A DNA stretch of 64,000 nt, taken from the NCBI RefSeq assembly GCF_009914755.1, contig NC_060929.1; one strand, given 5' to 3'. A model generated the notes under the pieces. The model did no database searches. It saw nothing but the letters and a program-made list of their open reading frames with translations, and was not told the origin of the DNA. Positions 52,353-64,000 of the stretch are shown here, piece by piece. This stretch comes from the human T2T-CHM13v2.0 reference genome, Homo sapiens. The translations under genes were made by a program, and so were the position numbers. The stretch's first letter is position 1; every line of letters begins with the position of its first letter.

Positions 52353-53056
52353 GTAATGCAAATTAGTGCATTATACCTGAGTTGTTTAAATCATTAGATT
52401 GCACTTTTTCCCCCCACAACACTTTCTTAAGAAGTAGAGGAAATATCAGTGTTGAAAAGGAAATTGAAGTCAGAATCAATTCCCAGAGCTTTTTTCCTCT
52501 GCTGTCTTAGAAGAACATGTGCTCATAATAGAGGCTATATTTGCTAGAAATATCAATCGAAATATTGACTATAGAGATGGCTCCTAAGAGGTGTTCTCCT
52601 GAAATTAAAATCATGCATCTTTTTGTTTTTTCTAAAAATGAGTTCATTATACGTTTTGATGAATCTCAAACATATTAGAAATTATTTGATACCCTTTTTA
52701 AAGTTTTCAGCAGTACTAACATAAAACACAATATGATTGTTTTAAATAAATTATTTTCTTGGCAGTAAGGCACCCAAAATATTTTCAGAGTTCAGCACTT
52801 TCAGGAAGAAAATGGTTAAATGTCCATATGTTACTTCATCTACAAAACTCTTTGTACAACTTATTCCACTTGATAATGGGCACTGATTATTTTCAGCGCA
52901 ACTATAAGACACCCTGTCAATGTTAAGATATTCTTGATGTTTTCAAAAAGTCTGCTTAAATATGCTTAAAGGATCATAGTGTATTTGAGCAGAGAGCAAA
53001 TTCTATTTCTGGTGTGGGAGCCATAAAACTCAAGTATGGTTGTTCTTATTTCTTAG

Positions 53057-53211
53057 ATTTAATTGCTATTCCTGACTTTGCACCTGGAGCCATGGAAAAT
53101 TGGGGCCTCATTACATATAGGGAGACGTCACTGCTTTTTGACCCCAAGACCTCTTCTGCTTCCGATAAACTGTGGGTCACCAGAGTCATAGCCCATGAAC
53201 TGGCGCACCAG
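53057..53211 (+). CDS. ERAP2: ERAP2 exon 6 with GAMEN and HELAH motifs
   Basis: Acceptor TTTCTTAG, donor CAG|GTACTT; 155 nt; GAMEN at 53086-53100 and HELAH at 53194-53208. Confidence 0.99.
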
Positions 53212-54559
53212 GTACTTGGCACTCATGACATTATCTCGATATCAGTTCAAAATAACATTATATAGAACACGACCAATCTTCCTGAAACAAAATAAATCAT
53301 CTCATTTACCTCTAGAGGGGAACTTAGAGACTACTAAACCTAACACAACGTCAAGTAGCACAGTACTCAGTCTCTGAACTGTGGTGTGCATACTGGAATT
53401 TTATTACGAGAAGTAGCCATTAAATTTATCCTCTAAAACCTTTCAAAGCAAAGCCTTCAAATGTCATTTGGGAAAAGAAGGAAAGTGACTATACAGACAC
53501 ATGAAGCACAGAATTGGAAACCTTACAAATAAAGATTTCTACTAAAAATATTTCTCCTTATATCCCCTGGTACTCTGGCATTCCAATCTAGGGCAAAATC
53601 ACTCTTCCTTCAGTTGGAACCTGTGCTTACATGGCCATAATGAAATACTTCAAGTGAAATTTGATGGGTTGATGATCCTGGGCACATACCTAACTCTCTG
53701 AAGTTCAGTGTCCCCATCTATAAAATTAAGTTAATAATAGTTCTGTTTCATAAAGCTGTTCTGAGGATTATGGATAGGGAAAGTGTGCGGATCACATAGT
53801 AAGCACTCAATAAGTATTAGTTATTAATGATGATGTCAACGGCCACTACAACTACAAGAAATACTACTATTTCTTGCAAAATAACTTATCTAAGGGCCAT
53901 CTATCAACACTGTATTACATACAAATGTGGAATTGTAAAACTAGGTCTATAGATATTGGAGACTATTCCCTCTATTTCATTTCTGAAAACTCTCAGTAAT
54001 GCAGTAAATTATTAAAGTCACCAAAATTGTCTTTCACCAAGTGGGCAAATATCATTCTGTTGTAGAATCTGGTAAAATCTCTTATTTAAAACATTTTAAC
54101 TTTATCCTTTATCGTCACCACAATAATGAGCTGTTGTTCTTTAAAGCAGTGAACTAAATACTCTGTTACACAGAGAGCCATGCTCAACACTGTGCTTCGA
54201 GAACACATGGGCTGCTTCCTTTGGTTCAAAATCTCCCCACTGGCGCATTTTAGGTGTTTTGATCATGAGTCACCAGGATCTCTAAAGCACTTAACTGAGT
54301 CTGGGGATTTCTAATCTTTCTGCCAATTGTTTGTAGGGAAGTGCTCTGTGAGCTCTACCTCTGAGGCTCCATGCTCCCTCTGGCCCTCCCTTTAATAGCT
54401 TCTCTTCCACGGAGATGCAGTCAAGTGCTGAAGCAGCAAACAGCACTGGAATTTTTGCCCCCACTTTTTTGTCTTCCCATTGATTACCATGTTAACATGT
54501 CACTCTGTGCATAACCCTGGCAAAGATTTCCTCATGCCAACTGTCTTAGCTTGGCATAC

Positions 54560-54968
54560 AAGGTTCCCATGACCCAGCTCCTTTTTACCTCTCCATCCTC
54601 ATCTCTTGCCTACACCTAAGCTTTAGCCATCCAAGATTACCTGCCATTTTCTGAACATGCCAGGTTGTATCACTCTGCCTTTGCTCCTACTACCTGATAT
54701 TCAGCATACCTGAGTACTATTTACAAGGCTCAGGAAATGAACACTGTCCTGGCAAAACTGATTATTTCCTCCTGGAATCCCCTCTGTCCCTGGCAAAGAC
54801 ATTTATCTTAGCACCTGCTTTACTGTATTTATTTGTCTACTGGTTGACCTCCATCATTTGTATTGAGGCAGTGGCTATATTATATACATCTTTGTATTTC
54901 TAACATATGGCATGGTGCCAGGAACGCAGTAGGTTCTCCGTAGGTATTTACTGAATGAATGAATAAAC
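54560..54968 (+). mobile_element. L2 3' fragment
   Basis: Ends ...GCATGGTGCCAGGAACGCAGTAGG...TATTTACTGAATGAATGAAT. Confidence 0.7.
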
Positions 54969-56005
54969 TAGTCTTGCTAACTGGTAAAGTGGCTAGAATC
55001 AGTTTATCCTGTACTTCTTATATTCACCGGTTTTCAAATTGAGGAAACACCTCTCCCTTTCCATGAATGCCCTTCAGAAGATTGCTGCCCACTTGTAAAG
55101 TAATCTGAAGACTGTCAGAAAAGGAATAGTGCTTAAACTGTTTCTAGAAGCTACAGACTTATAATTTTCTGTTCTTTAACTATAACCAGGCTCTTCTGAA
55201 TCTTAGAATCTTATTGTTGAAGCTTTGGTCCATCTAGAGATTTTAATCTTAGAGACATACACTAGATGTGCGTATTAGGCATATAGACTAAATAAATAAA
55301 ACATAAAAGCACATAAAAGAATAGTAATATTTAAAATGCATAATACAGATCAAATATAGGTAAAGGGTAAATATGTCAATTATATTTATGCATCCTTTTT
55401 ATTTGATTTATATATTTTTTAAATCTTAGACCTTTATTGTTTCTAGTGGCCCACTAAAGTAAGTCAGGGGCAGAGGTTAACAACTGAATTTGCTCTTCAG
55501 TAATATTATATAACAACCTGAGAGCCCTAAATGAATTCTTATGATTCTCCTAAGTACCTGCTACTTAATATAAAAAGATAACTTCACCCAGGACACTTGG
55601 ATTTATATTTCTCCCTTGAACATCATCATATATCAAGGACAAGGTGAGATTGTTCTTATTGGGCAGGAAAGAAAAAAACTACCTCCATAAAGTGTTCCAT
55701 TTTCTTTCTTAATATTAAATCTAATAACTAGGAAATGTTGGGCAGATAGAATGAAAGTCGAAGAGTTAAGGGCATTGAGAACACACAAAAAAAAGAAAAA
55801 AGAAAACCAAGCAAAAATGTGGTGGTGAGAATAAGAAGGCAAGGAAATCAGTAGAAGAAAATTGTACAGAGAGAAAAGGGTAGCAAAGAGAGAAGAGAGA
55901 TCCTAACTAATAAAAAAAAAAGTTAGTAACTATTGTATTTTTTTTGCTAAAGTTAATAATTTTTATTTGTTTAACTTCTAATAATATTGAGTTTTTACCT
56001 CCTAG

Positions 56006-56119
56006 TGGTTTGGCAACCTGGTCACAATGGAATGGTGGAATGATATTTGGCTTAATGAGGGTTTTGCAAAATACATGGAACTTATCGCTGTTAATGCTAC
56101 ATATCCAGAGCTGCAATTT
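56006..56119 (+). CDS. ERAP2: ERAP2 exon 7 ([21 protein letters not shown]...LQF): third zinc ligand Glu393, Asn392 allele
   Basis: Acceptor CCTCCTAG, donor TTT|GTAAGT; 114 nt. Not in the ORF track, translated by hand; completes HEXXH-X18-E. Confidence 0.98.
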
Positions 56120-56963
56120 GTAAGTTCACAATTCTGTGTATCATACTATATGGTGTAAAGAATCATCAATTCACTATTAAAATTTCAAGTGAATGTTAAA
56201 CAGAAAAACTACATAATGTTGTGGTTTTTGAACATATGGCATTTTGTTTGATACACGAAACAGATCACAGAACTGGATGAAACATTGAAGGTTTTAGAAA
56301 ACAATCAACATAAATCTGTCACCCCAAAGTCTGTAAAGAGAGAAGGCAAACTAATACAAATGTAGAACTGTGTATGTGGGTTGAGAGGAAAGAACATCAC
56401 TGTTTGTATACATCTGCACAGGAATGCCCATGGCTACTAGGTACTATAGAGAGTTCTCGGCATGTAACCTGAAATCAACATCATTGGGGGTGTACTTTTC
56501 TAGAATTTCCAAAGGGTCTGCTGGCTTCCCCAAAATGTGTGAAGGGATTTCTTCAGGTATGTCTTTTTTAAAAACTAATATAGTGGTCTGAACACTACAC
56601 AAATTTGCATATCAAGGTGGTTAGTAATGGTTAATTAGGTCTTTGGGATATATATTTAGTCCAGTACACTATAGACAGACATGGATTCAAAGTTAGGCTC
56701 TTCTTGTTACTGTGTATGTACTGAATTTGTGGCTTAATGCCAAAGCTTTATATATTCTTATTTGTAAAATGCATATACCATATCTCCCTTGCAGAGGTGT
56801 TGACAGGATTGCAGATGATAGGTCTAGGCACGTAACAAGTATTCACTAAATGGAAACCATTATTTTATTTCTGTATTCAAGGGCTGGTACATGATAAACA
56901 TTCAGGCAATGTCTGAAGGAATATTGGATTTGTATCTTTTTAAAGTAGAGAAACTTTAAAAAG

Positions 56964-56995
56964 ATGTATTCCCCTTTGGCCAAAGGGGAATACAT
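56964..56995. repeat. Perfect 32-bp palindrome
   Basis: ATGTATTCCCCTTTGG|CCAAAGGGGAATACAT with no spacer. Confidence 0.97.
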
Positions 56996-57132
56996 ACAAG
57001 AAAAGAAACATCTCCCAAGAAATATCGATTGAAATCTTACCTCTAAGAACATCTTACTAAACCTACTATGTTTTCTATTGCTTTTACAGTGTCAAATAGA
57101 AACTAAAACTAAACATTTTTCTCCCTGTTTAG

Positions 57133-57264
57133 GATGACTATTTTTTGAATGTGTGTTTTGAAGTAATTACAAAAGATTCATTGAATTCATCCCGCCCAAT
57201 CTCCAAACCAGCGGAAACCCCGACTCAAATACAGGAAATGTTTGATGAAGTTTCCTATAACAAG
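57133..57264 (+). CDS. ERAP2: ERAP2 exon 8 (DDYFLNVCF...FDEVSYNK), includes catalytic Tyr455
   Basis: Acceptor CCCTGTTTAG, donor AAG|GTAGTA; 132 nt; motif FD..SY.KG across the junction. Confidence 0.98.
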
Positions 57265-57492
57265 GTAGTAAATATCACGTGCAGGTGGAAGCTCTGCTTT
57301 CAGAAGAAATGTAATAATGACTATAGAATCAGCAGTTTAAGTCATTGGTGCCAGTTCCTGCTACTTGTTTCACTTTTTATTTGTTCACTTTTCAGACATC
57401 ACACGTTCCGTAAAATTTAAGCTTCCTTTAAAAACATACCATACTACCATTTTCTTTAACTCTTTTTTCAACTCTTTTGTTTTTTTTTAAAG

Positions 57493-57624
57493 GGAGCTTG
57501 TATTTTGAATATGCTCAAGGATTTTCTGGGTGAGGAGAAATTCCAGAAAGGAATAATTCAGTACTTAAAGAAGTTCAGCTATAGAAATGCTAAGAATGAT
57601 GACTTGTGGAGCAGTCTGTCAAAT
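57493..57624 (+). CDS. ERAP2: ERAP2 exon 9 ([13 protein letters not shown]...DDLWSSLSN)
   Basis: Acceptor TTTTTTAAAG, donor AAT|GTAAGT; 132 nt. Confidence 0.98.
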
Positions 57625-57625
57625 G

Positions 57626-57825
57626 TAAGTCATATGTTGGGTAACGATAGACTGTTATTTAATCTAGAAAGTAACAGAATAATTGTGAATGTTTATAAAT
57701 AGCTATATATTGTCAGTCAACCATATAAGTCATATGTTGGGTAACGATAGACTGTTATTTAATCTAGAAAGTAACAGAATAATTGTGAATGTTTATAAAT
57801 AGCTATATATTGTCAGTCAACCATA
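57626..57825. repeat. Exact tandem duplication, 2 x 100 bp
   Basis: 57626-57725 is identical to 57726-57825 (TAAGTCATATG...GTCAACCATA). Confidence 0.98.
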
Positions 57826-58776
57826 TTTATTCTGCTTGCTATGTTGTCATGGTCTGTAGAAGGCAGCACTTCCCTTTTTCCTCTAACACCACACTAGGAT
57901 GTCACGCTGGGGTGGCCCCAGGGGCTCACTATTTGACCTGACTTTCTTTGGTTTCTCTTCTATGACTAATCCTACACTTTTATGTTCCCTTGATCTAAAA
58001 TCTTTAAAATGTTGTAATTTCTACCATATAACACCTAATCTCTGGCAAATTTTAAGGTTGTCAACTGTATTCCCCAATGTGTATATATTTGTTGAGCAAA
58101 ACTAATCTTCTCTCTTATAAGAAGAAATCTTGCTCAATCTCTAGATCATTGTGCCTATATTTCTAGTGCCTTTACTAGCTGAAATGCCCTTTCTTCTTTC
58201 CAACAATTCAAATGCCACCCAACTTTTAAGATCCAGCTGAGATTTCACCTCCTCCTTACAGACTGTTCCAGCCCTCATTCGTTTGCCTGTCTGCTAAATT
58301 CTTAGCAGTGCACTTATAATCTGTTCCACATAATAGTACCCTCTTTTATTGTTTTTATTAGTTCAATAATGATAATGTGCTTAAGAACAAAAATTGTGTC
58401 TATTCTTTTTTTTAATGTGATAGCACCTAGCATATGTTGATCTTATAATAGTGATTAATAAGCAGTTAATGATTGATTAAAGAACTTATGGTCTGTCTTT
58501 GGGATTCATGTAGATAATAGGAAAGGCAAAGCAGAAAAATTCAGTTAATTCAGATGATTCTAATAATTATTAAAATATTTTAAAATTTCCAACTGCAAAG
58601 AAAATAAATTTTTATAGAACGATTAGACCCAGAGAACTCATACCTGTAATTAGAAGAACCCTAAGTCATTGTAGACAGAAGAGATCCTTTCTTTTTTACA
58701 AGCACTTGTGTCCCAGGGACAGTAATAATATTGTTTAATATTTCTGCAGCAGTTTACAGTTTAAAAACACTTTCAT

Positions 58777-59635
<859 letters not shown>

Positions 59636-60991
59636 CATATAAAGATGCTCTTTACTATCCATTTCCATCACCCACCGTCAGTGGTCCAGACACTCTTTCT
59701 CCATGCTTCCGCTTAAGCTTCTCAGCACCAAGTATTGTATTGCTTCTGTCTCTCATCCCTCTCCATTTCCCTCTCCCTTGCTATGTGTGTGTGCATGTAT
59801 GTATATTTGTAGACATCAGTTTAGCTCCCCTCCAACACGGAAGAATCTATCATTTGGTGTGCATACTGGCAGTAGAGGGTGGGAGTTAAAAAGAAAATTT
59901 GGCCAGCAATTACCAGATCATTTTAGGCCAGCAGTGTAAATTCCTGTGTTATTTTTTGTCACATCATGCTTATAATCATCTCAAAAGATAAAGTAATCAT
60001 CATTACTCTGTGTTTATAAGTGAGAAAACTGACACTAAGGGACAGATTTGCCCAAAGTCACCAAGTCAGTGAGAAAATCAGTACTTAAAATTTGTCTTCT
60101 GACTCTAAGTCCAATAGTTATTCAATTATATCACAGCTAGTTCCTAGTTTTAAGAAAAGTCCCCCATCAATCTTCCCCTAAAGGTCCTAGATTTTGACCA
60201 ACTCCCTTCTGACACCAAAGGGCCCTGTAGTATTAAAATAATAAATTACTGAAAATATCTTGCCCACCATTGTGTCACATAAAGTCAATTCTAATACATG
60301 TCAATAGCAACTTGAGAATGAGAAGAATTAGTTGCTGTTATTTTTCATAAGATCATTTAAAGGCATTTGAGAGCCTTAGCACATTCTTCATTTTTTCTCA
60401 TTTGCAGTTGCCCTTAAGTACTGGTTATTCAAGGGTCAATTGCCAAGTTGGTACTTTTCTTAATTCTTATTTTATTCCCAGTTAGTTCGAAATATTGTAC
60501 ACTCATCACATGCTGTTGTGATAGCCACTGTAGGAATACCTTGGTAAACAAAGGTGTTTCCCCTACTGTCAAAGAACTTGTAATATGTCAGGGGAGAGTT
60601 AACAGTACTAGACAGAGTTGCCTACATGCTAAATAGGGGCATACATAACATGCAGCATGAAATAATAAAATAGGACCTTTCTTAAGGGAAAGAGAAGAAT
60701 TGGATAGAAAATTCAACAAATTGATTCTTCCTTAGAACGGTTAATGACTTTATTGAACTTTTTAAGGAAACTTTACACATGCGTATATATAACACAAAGA
60801 AATAACTTTTGTGGACTTCTATCCCAGGTCACTGCAAACATGCCTTTTTTTCCATTTTTATGTTCATTATCATGTCTGGATGAATTATTTCATATAGCTC
60901 TTTTAATAAATGCCTGCATCCATGGCTAATGTGCACGTTCAGCCAACTAATGATGCCTACATTGCAGTGCTCTTTTGTTCTTGTTTTGTAG

Positions 60992-61060
60992 AGTTGTTTA
61001 GAAAGTGATTTTACATCTGGTGGAGTTTGTCATTCGGATCCCAAGATGACAAGTAACATG
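60992..61060 (+). CDS. ERAP2: ERAP2 exon 10 ([23 protein letters not shown]); extends to 61116 when the downstream donor is used
   Basis: Acceptor TTGTTTTGTAG; 69 nt; proximal donor ATG|GTGAGG and distal donor AGA|GTGAGT at 61117. Confidence 0.95.
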
Positions 61061-61506
61061 GTGAGGATAAAGAGAGTCACAGAGTAGAAGAGATCTGTGG
61101 AATAGCCTGACCTAGAGTGAGTATGACATACAGAGTAGCCCACCTGTCCCTTTTAAAAGCTGGAGAGAAAGAGAGCCCCCACGATTTTCTCTAAAACAAA
61201 ACTGAAGGGGAAATGCTTGGGGTATTTAGGGGGACAATGCTGTTGCTACTATATTTTTGTTGTTATAGTTCGGCTTTCCCACAACCCCACTGCTAGCTAA
61301 AAATATCTCAGCGCAAAATGTTTTTGAGTGGTTACTACTGCATTGGCATCCCTTAAGCTCTGAAAAATGCCAAAATAAGTATGCTGTTAGGTTTGGAAAT
61401 ACAGTATATGTTTTTCTTTTTCCTTACCTCTGGGAAGTTATAGAATCACTACAGGAAAGAGAAAAGAAAGTCATCACAGGGGAAAAAAGGAAAACTTTTT
61501 ATTTAA

Positions 61507-61850
<344 letters not shown>

Positions 61851-62380
61851 TAAAGGAAGGTTCAGCATCATCCAGTGATCAGAAACCCATACTAGCAGTG
61901 CAGCAGCCAGAGGTTTTGTTCTCCATTCACTACACCTCTATTGATATTAAATTGTTCTGTTGAAATATTTAAAGCTTCCCTAAAGACAGATATTTCCCTC
62001 GTAAACCACTCCTCCTGGATTCTACTGTTATTTGAGGGTTTTGTTTGTTTGTTTGTTTGTTTTATTTTGTTTGTTTGCTTGTTTTTGAAAGGGGTCAGGA
62101 AAGAGACTCCAGTCTCAACCTCCTTTTCACTGGCTTTTCCTGCCATGTATTCACCCTACTATATCCTGTATATATCCCTCAATTCAAGTAATTTGCAGAG
62201 AGCAGCCCTGGGATAGCCATCCCTAATCCAGTTGCCTGGATTACCCTTCCCTGAGATACCAGTCCGAGTCTTCTGTTCCCCAAGGCTTGTTTCTGGCATC
62301 CAAGGAGATGGAAGTTTCTGTCCCTCTGTCTTTGGATTGTCTCCTCTCTCTTGAGTTATCATAGTCACCTGTCATTTCAG

Positions 62381-62556
62381 CTCGCCTTTCTGGGGGAAAA
62401 TGCAGAGGTCAAAGAGATGATGACTACATGGACTCTCCAGAAAGGAATCCCCCTGCTGGTGGTTAAACAAGACGGGTGTTCACTCCGACTGCAACAAGAG
62501 CGCTTCCTCCAGGGGGTTTTCCAGGAAGACCCTGAATGGAGGGCCCTGCAGGAGAG
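62381..62556 (+). CDS. ERAP2: ERAP2 exon 11 ([24 protein letters not shown]...LQE-R)
   Basis: Acceptor CATTTCAG, donor AG|GTGGCT; 176 nt; motif M..WT.Q.G.P. Confidence 0.97.
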
Positions 62557-63148
62557 GTGGCTGCTTTTCTTCTTTAGGTCTAGTTTACCTCATCTCAGTT
62601 TCCTCGTTATTTCCTTAGCTTTCTCTCAGCTCATCTGGCAACTTTGTAGGATGCTAGTTCCATATAAGAATCAAAGGCCTAAAGTAGACTTGATAAGATT
62701 TAAAGAGCTTCATATAACCCGGACTTCTTTGTTCAGGAGCACCATTCTTAGTGATTCCATCAGCCTTGAGAACTTCAGTTCTTGGTTTAGTTATTTGAAT
62801 CAGCATCAGGCTGGCAGTTTTTGAAAATGTGAAAGGAATATTGGATTTTCTTTCCCATACAAACAGCAGAAATTGTTATGGTATGAGATTAGGACAGCAA
62901 ATGACACAAGTATTTGTGGCAGAGTTCAACTAGGTAGATATGGCTGCTCCTTTATAATTATCATGGAATAATTTTTTGCATACTTAAGGATATGCTAGTC
63001 TTAGCCTATAAAATTTATAAGACCACTTGTGGGTAGTATGAAGGATGATGGGTACTTAGGTGCCTTTTACAGTCTGTCTGAGTCTGACAATGTGAAAAAT
63101 CACAGCAGCATTCTTTTGGTCTGTAACTATCTTTACTCTCTGTCATAG

Positions 63149-63228
63149 GTACCTGTGGCATATCCCATTGACCTACTCCACGAGTTCTTCTAATGTGATC
63201 CACAGACACATTCTAAAATCAAAGACAG
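63149..63228 (+). CDS. ERAP2: ERAP2 exon 12 ([12 protein letters not shown]...KSKT-D); gene continues beyond the window
   Basis: Acceptor CTCTGTCATAG, donor CAG|GTAATG; 80 nt; motif W.IPL.Y; phase matches exon 11. Confidence 0.96.
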
Positions 63229-64000
63229 GTAATGAACTAATTAGCCAAACAGGTATTTCAATGTGGAAATTAAACATGTGTTGAGCTATTTGAAGGAACG
63301 ATACAATAAGTAAATCTAACAATAAAAGATTTATATTTGAGGGAAGTTGTCATTTATCCATATGTTACTAAAATAACTCTTTTAGTAAGAAAATCTGGAT
63401 TTTTCATTCAGTGGGAAGTTCTCTTGCGCTTTTATCATTTAGAGACAGATTATTTACATCAAGAAATAACAGAAATCTATCTTATGTCTTATAATACCCA
63501 CTAATCTATTTTTACAGGTTATGGATAAGGCAAAAAATGTTCAGTGGAAAAAAGCACATACTTTAAAATTGGTTGCTTCTGGATTCAAGTCCTCACTCTC
63601 TCACTTATTAGATGTGTGACCTTAAGAAAATGTACACACTCATCCTGAGCTTCAATTTTTTCATCTTATGTTGAATAAAGACTAAACCTCACAGAGTTGT
63701 TGAGAGAATATTATAATGTAATTTTACCCTCTAGTATAATATATGCCATATTAAAAATACATAGTATAATTTTAATTTTCTTCTAAACACTTTAATAAAA
63801 TTTGAGAGGTTTTCCGTCACAAAGTCATGCTTAACCTGGAGTCCTTCTTTACTAAAATGAACAAATGGATCACCTATTTACACATACATATTTCAATGAC
63901 TAGTGACTAAACCTTGAGACAAGGACATCATCAAATTAAGCCAAATTCCCGTCATGCTAGTCATCTGGCTCACTGGGCCCTTCCTTGCATGTCTCTTAGA

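Noticed and set aside
52030-52397. Six overlapping ORFs
   Set aside because: Artefacts of a stop-free dinucleotide repeat.
62557-62824. Long open read-through after exon 11
   Set aside because: No AATAAA noticed near the stop at 62824, and the exon 11-12 junction is in phase; treated as a chance open frame.

Overview
Human (primate) genomic DNA that I recognise as the ERAP1-ERAP2 interval on 5q15. About 1-36,500 is repeat-rich intergenic DNA. About 36,700-64,000 holds the promoter, non-coding exon 1 and coding exons 2-12 of ERAP2, an M1 zinc aminopeptidase, on the + strand; the gene runs off the right edge. The spliced exons join in frame (609 codons plus 1 nt in the window) and encode GAMEN and HEXXH-X18-E. 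The copy here is the 'haplotype B' allele: exon-10 donor GTGAGG with a stronger GTGAGT 56 nt downstream and two in-frame TAGs in the extension, plus Asn392. The most notable unexplained signals are: (1) an exact 100-bp tandem duplication starting inside the exon-9 donor; (2) a chain of + strand, splice-site-bounded segments at about 5-20 kb with few stop codons, which looks like a decayed multi-exon gene; (3) a perfect 32-bp palindrome next to a 13-bp hairpin upstream of exon 8; (4) two well-formed antisense exons at about 34 kb; (5) four uAUGs in the ERAP2 leader. No prokaryotic features, CRISPR arrays or RNA genes are supported. Repeat subfamily names and rsIDs are from memory, not from a search.
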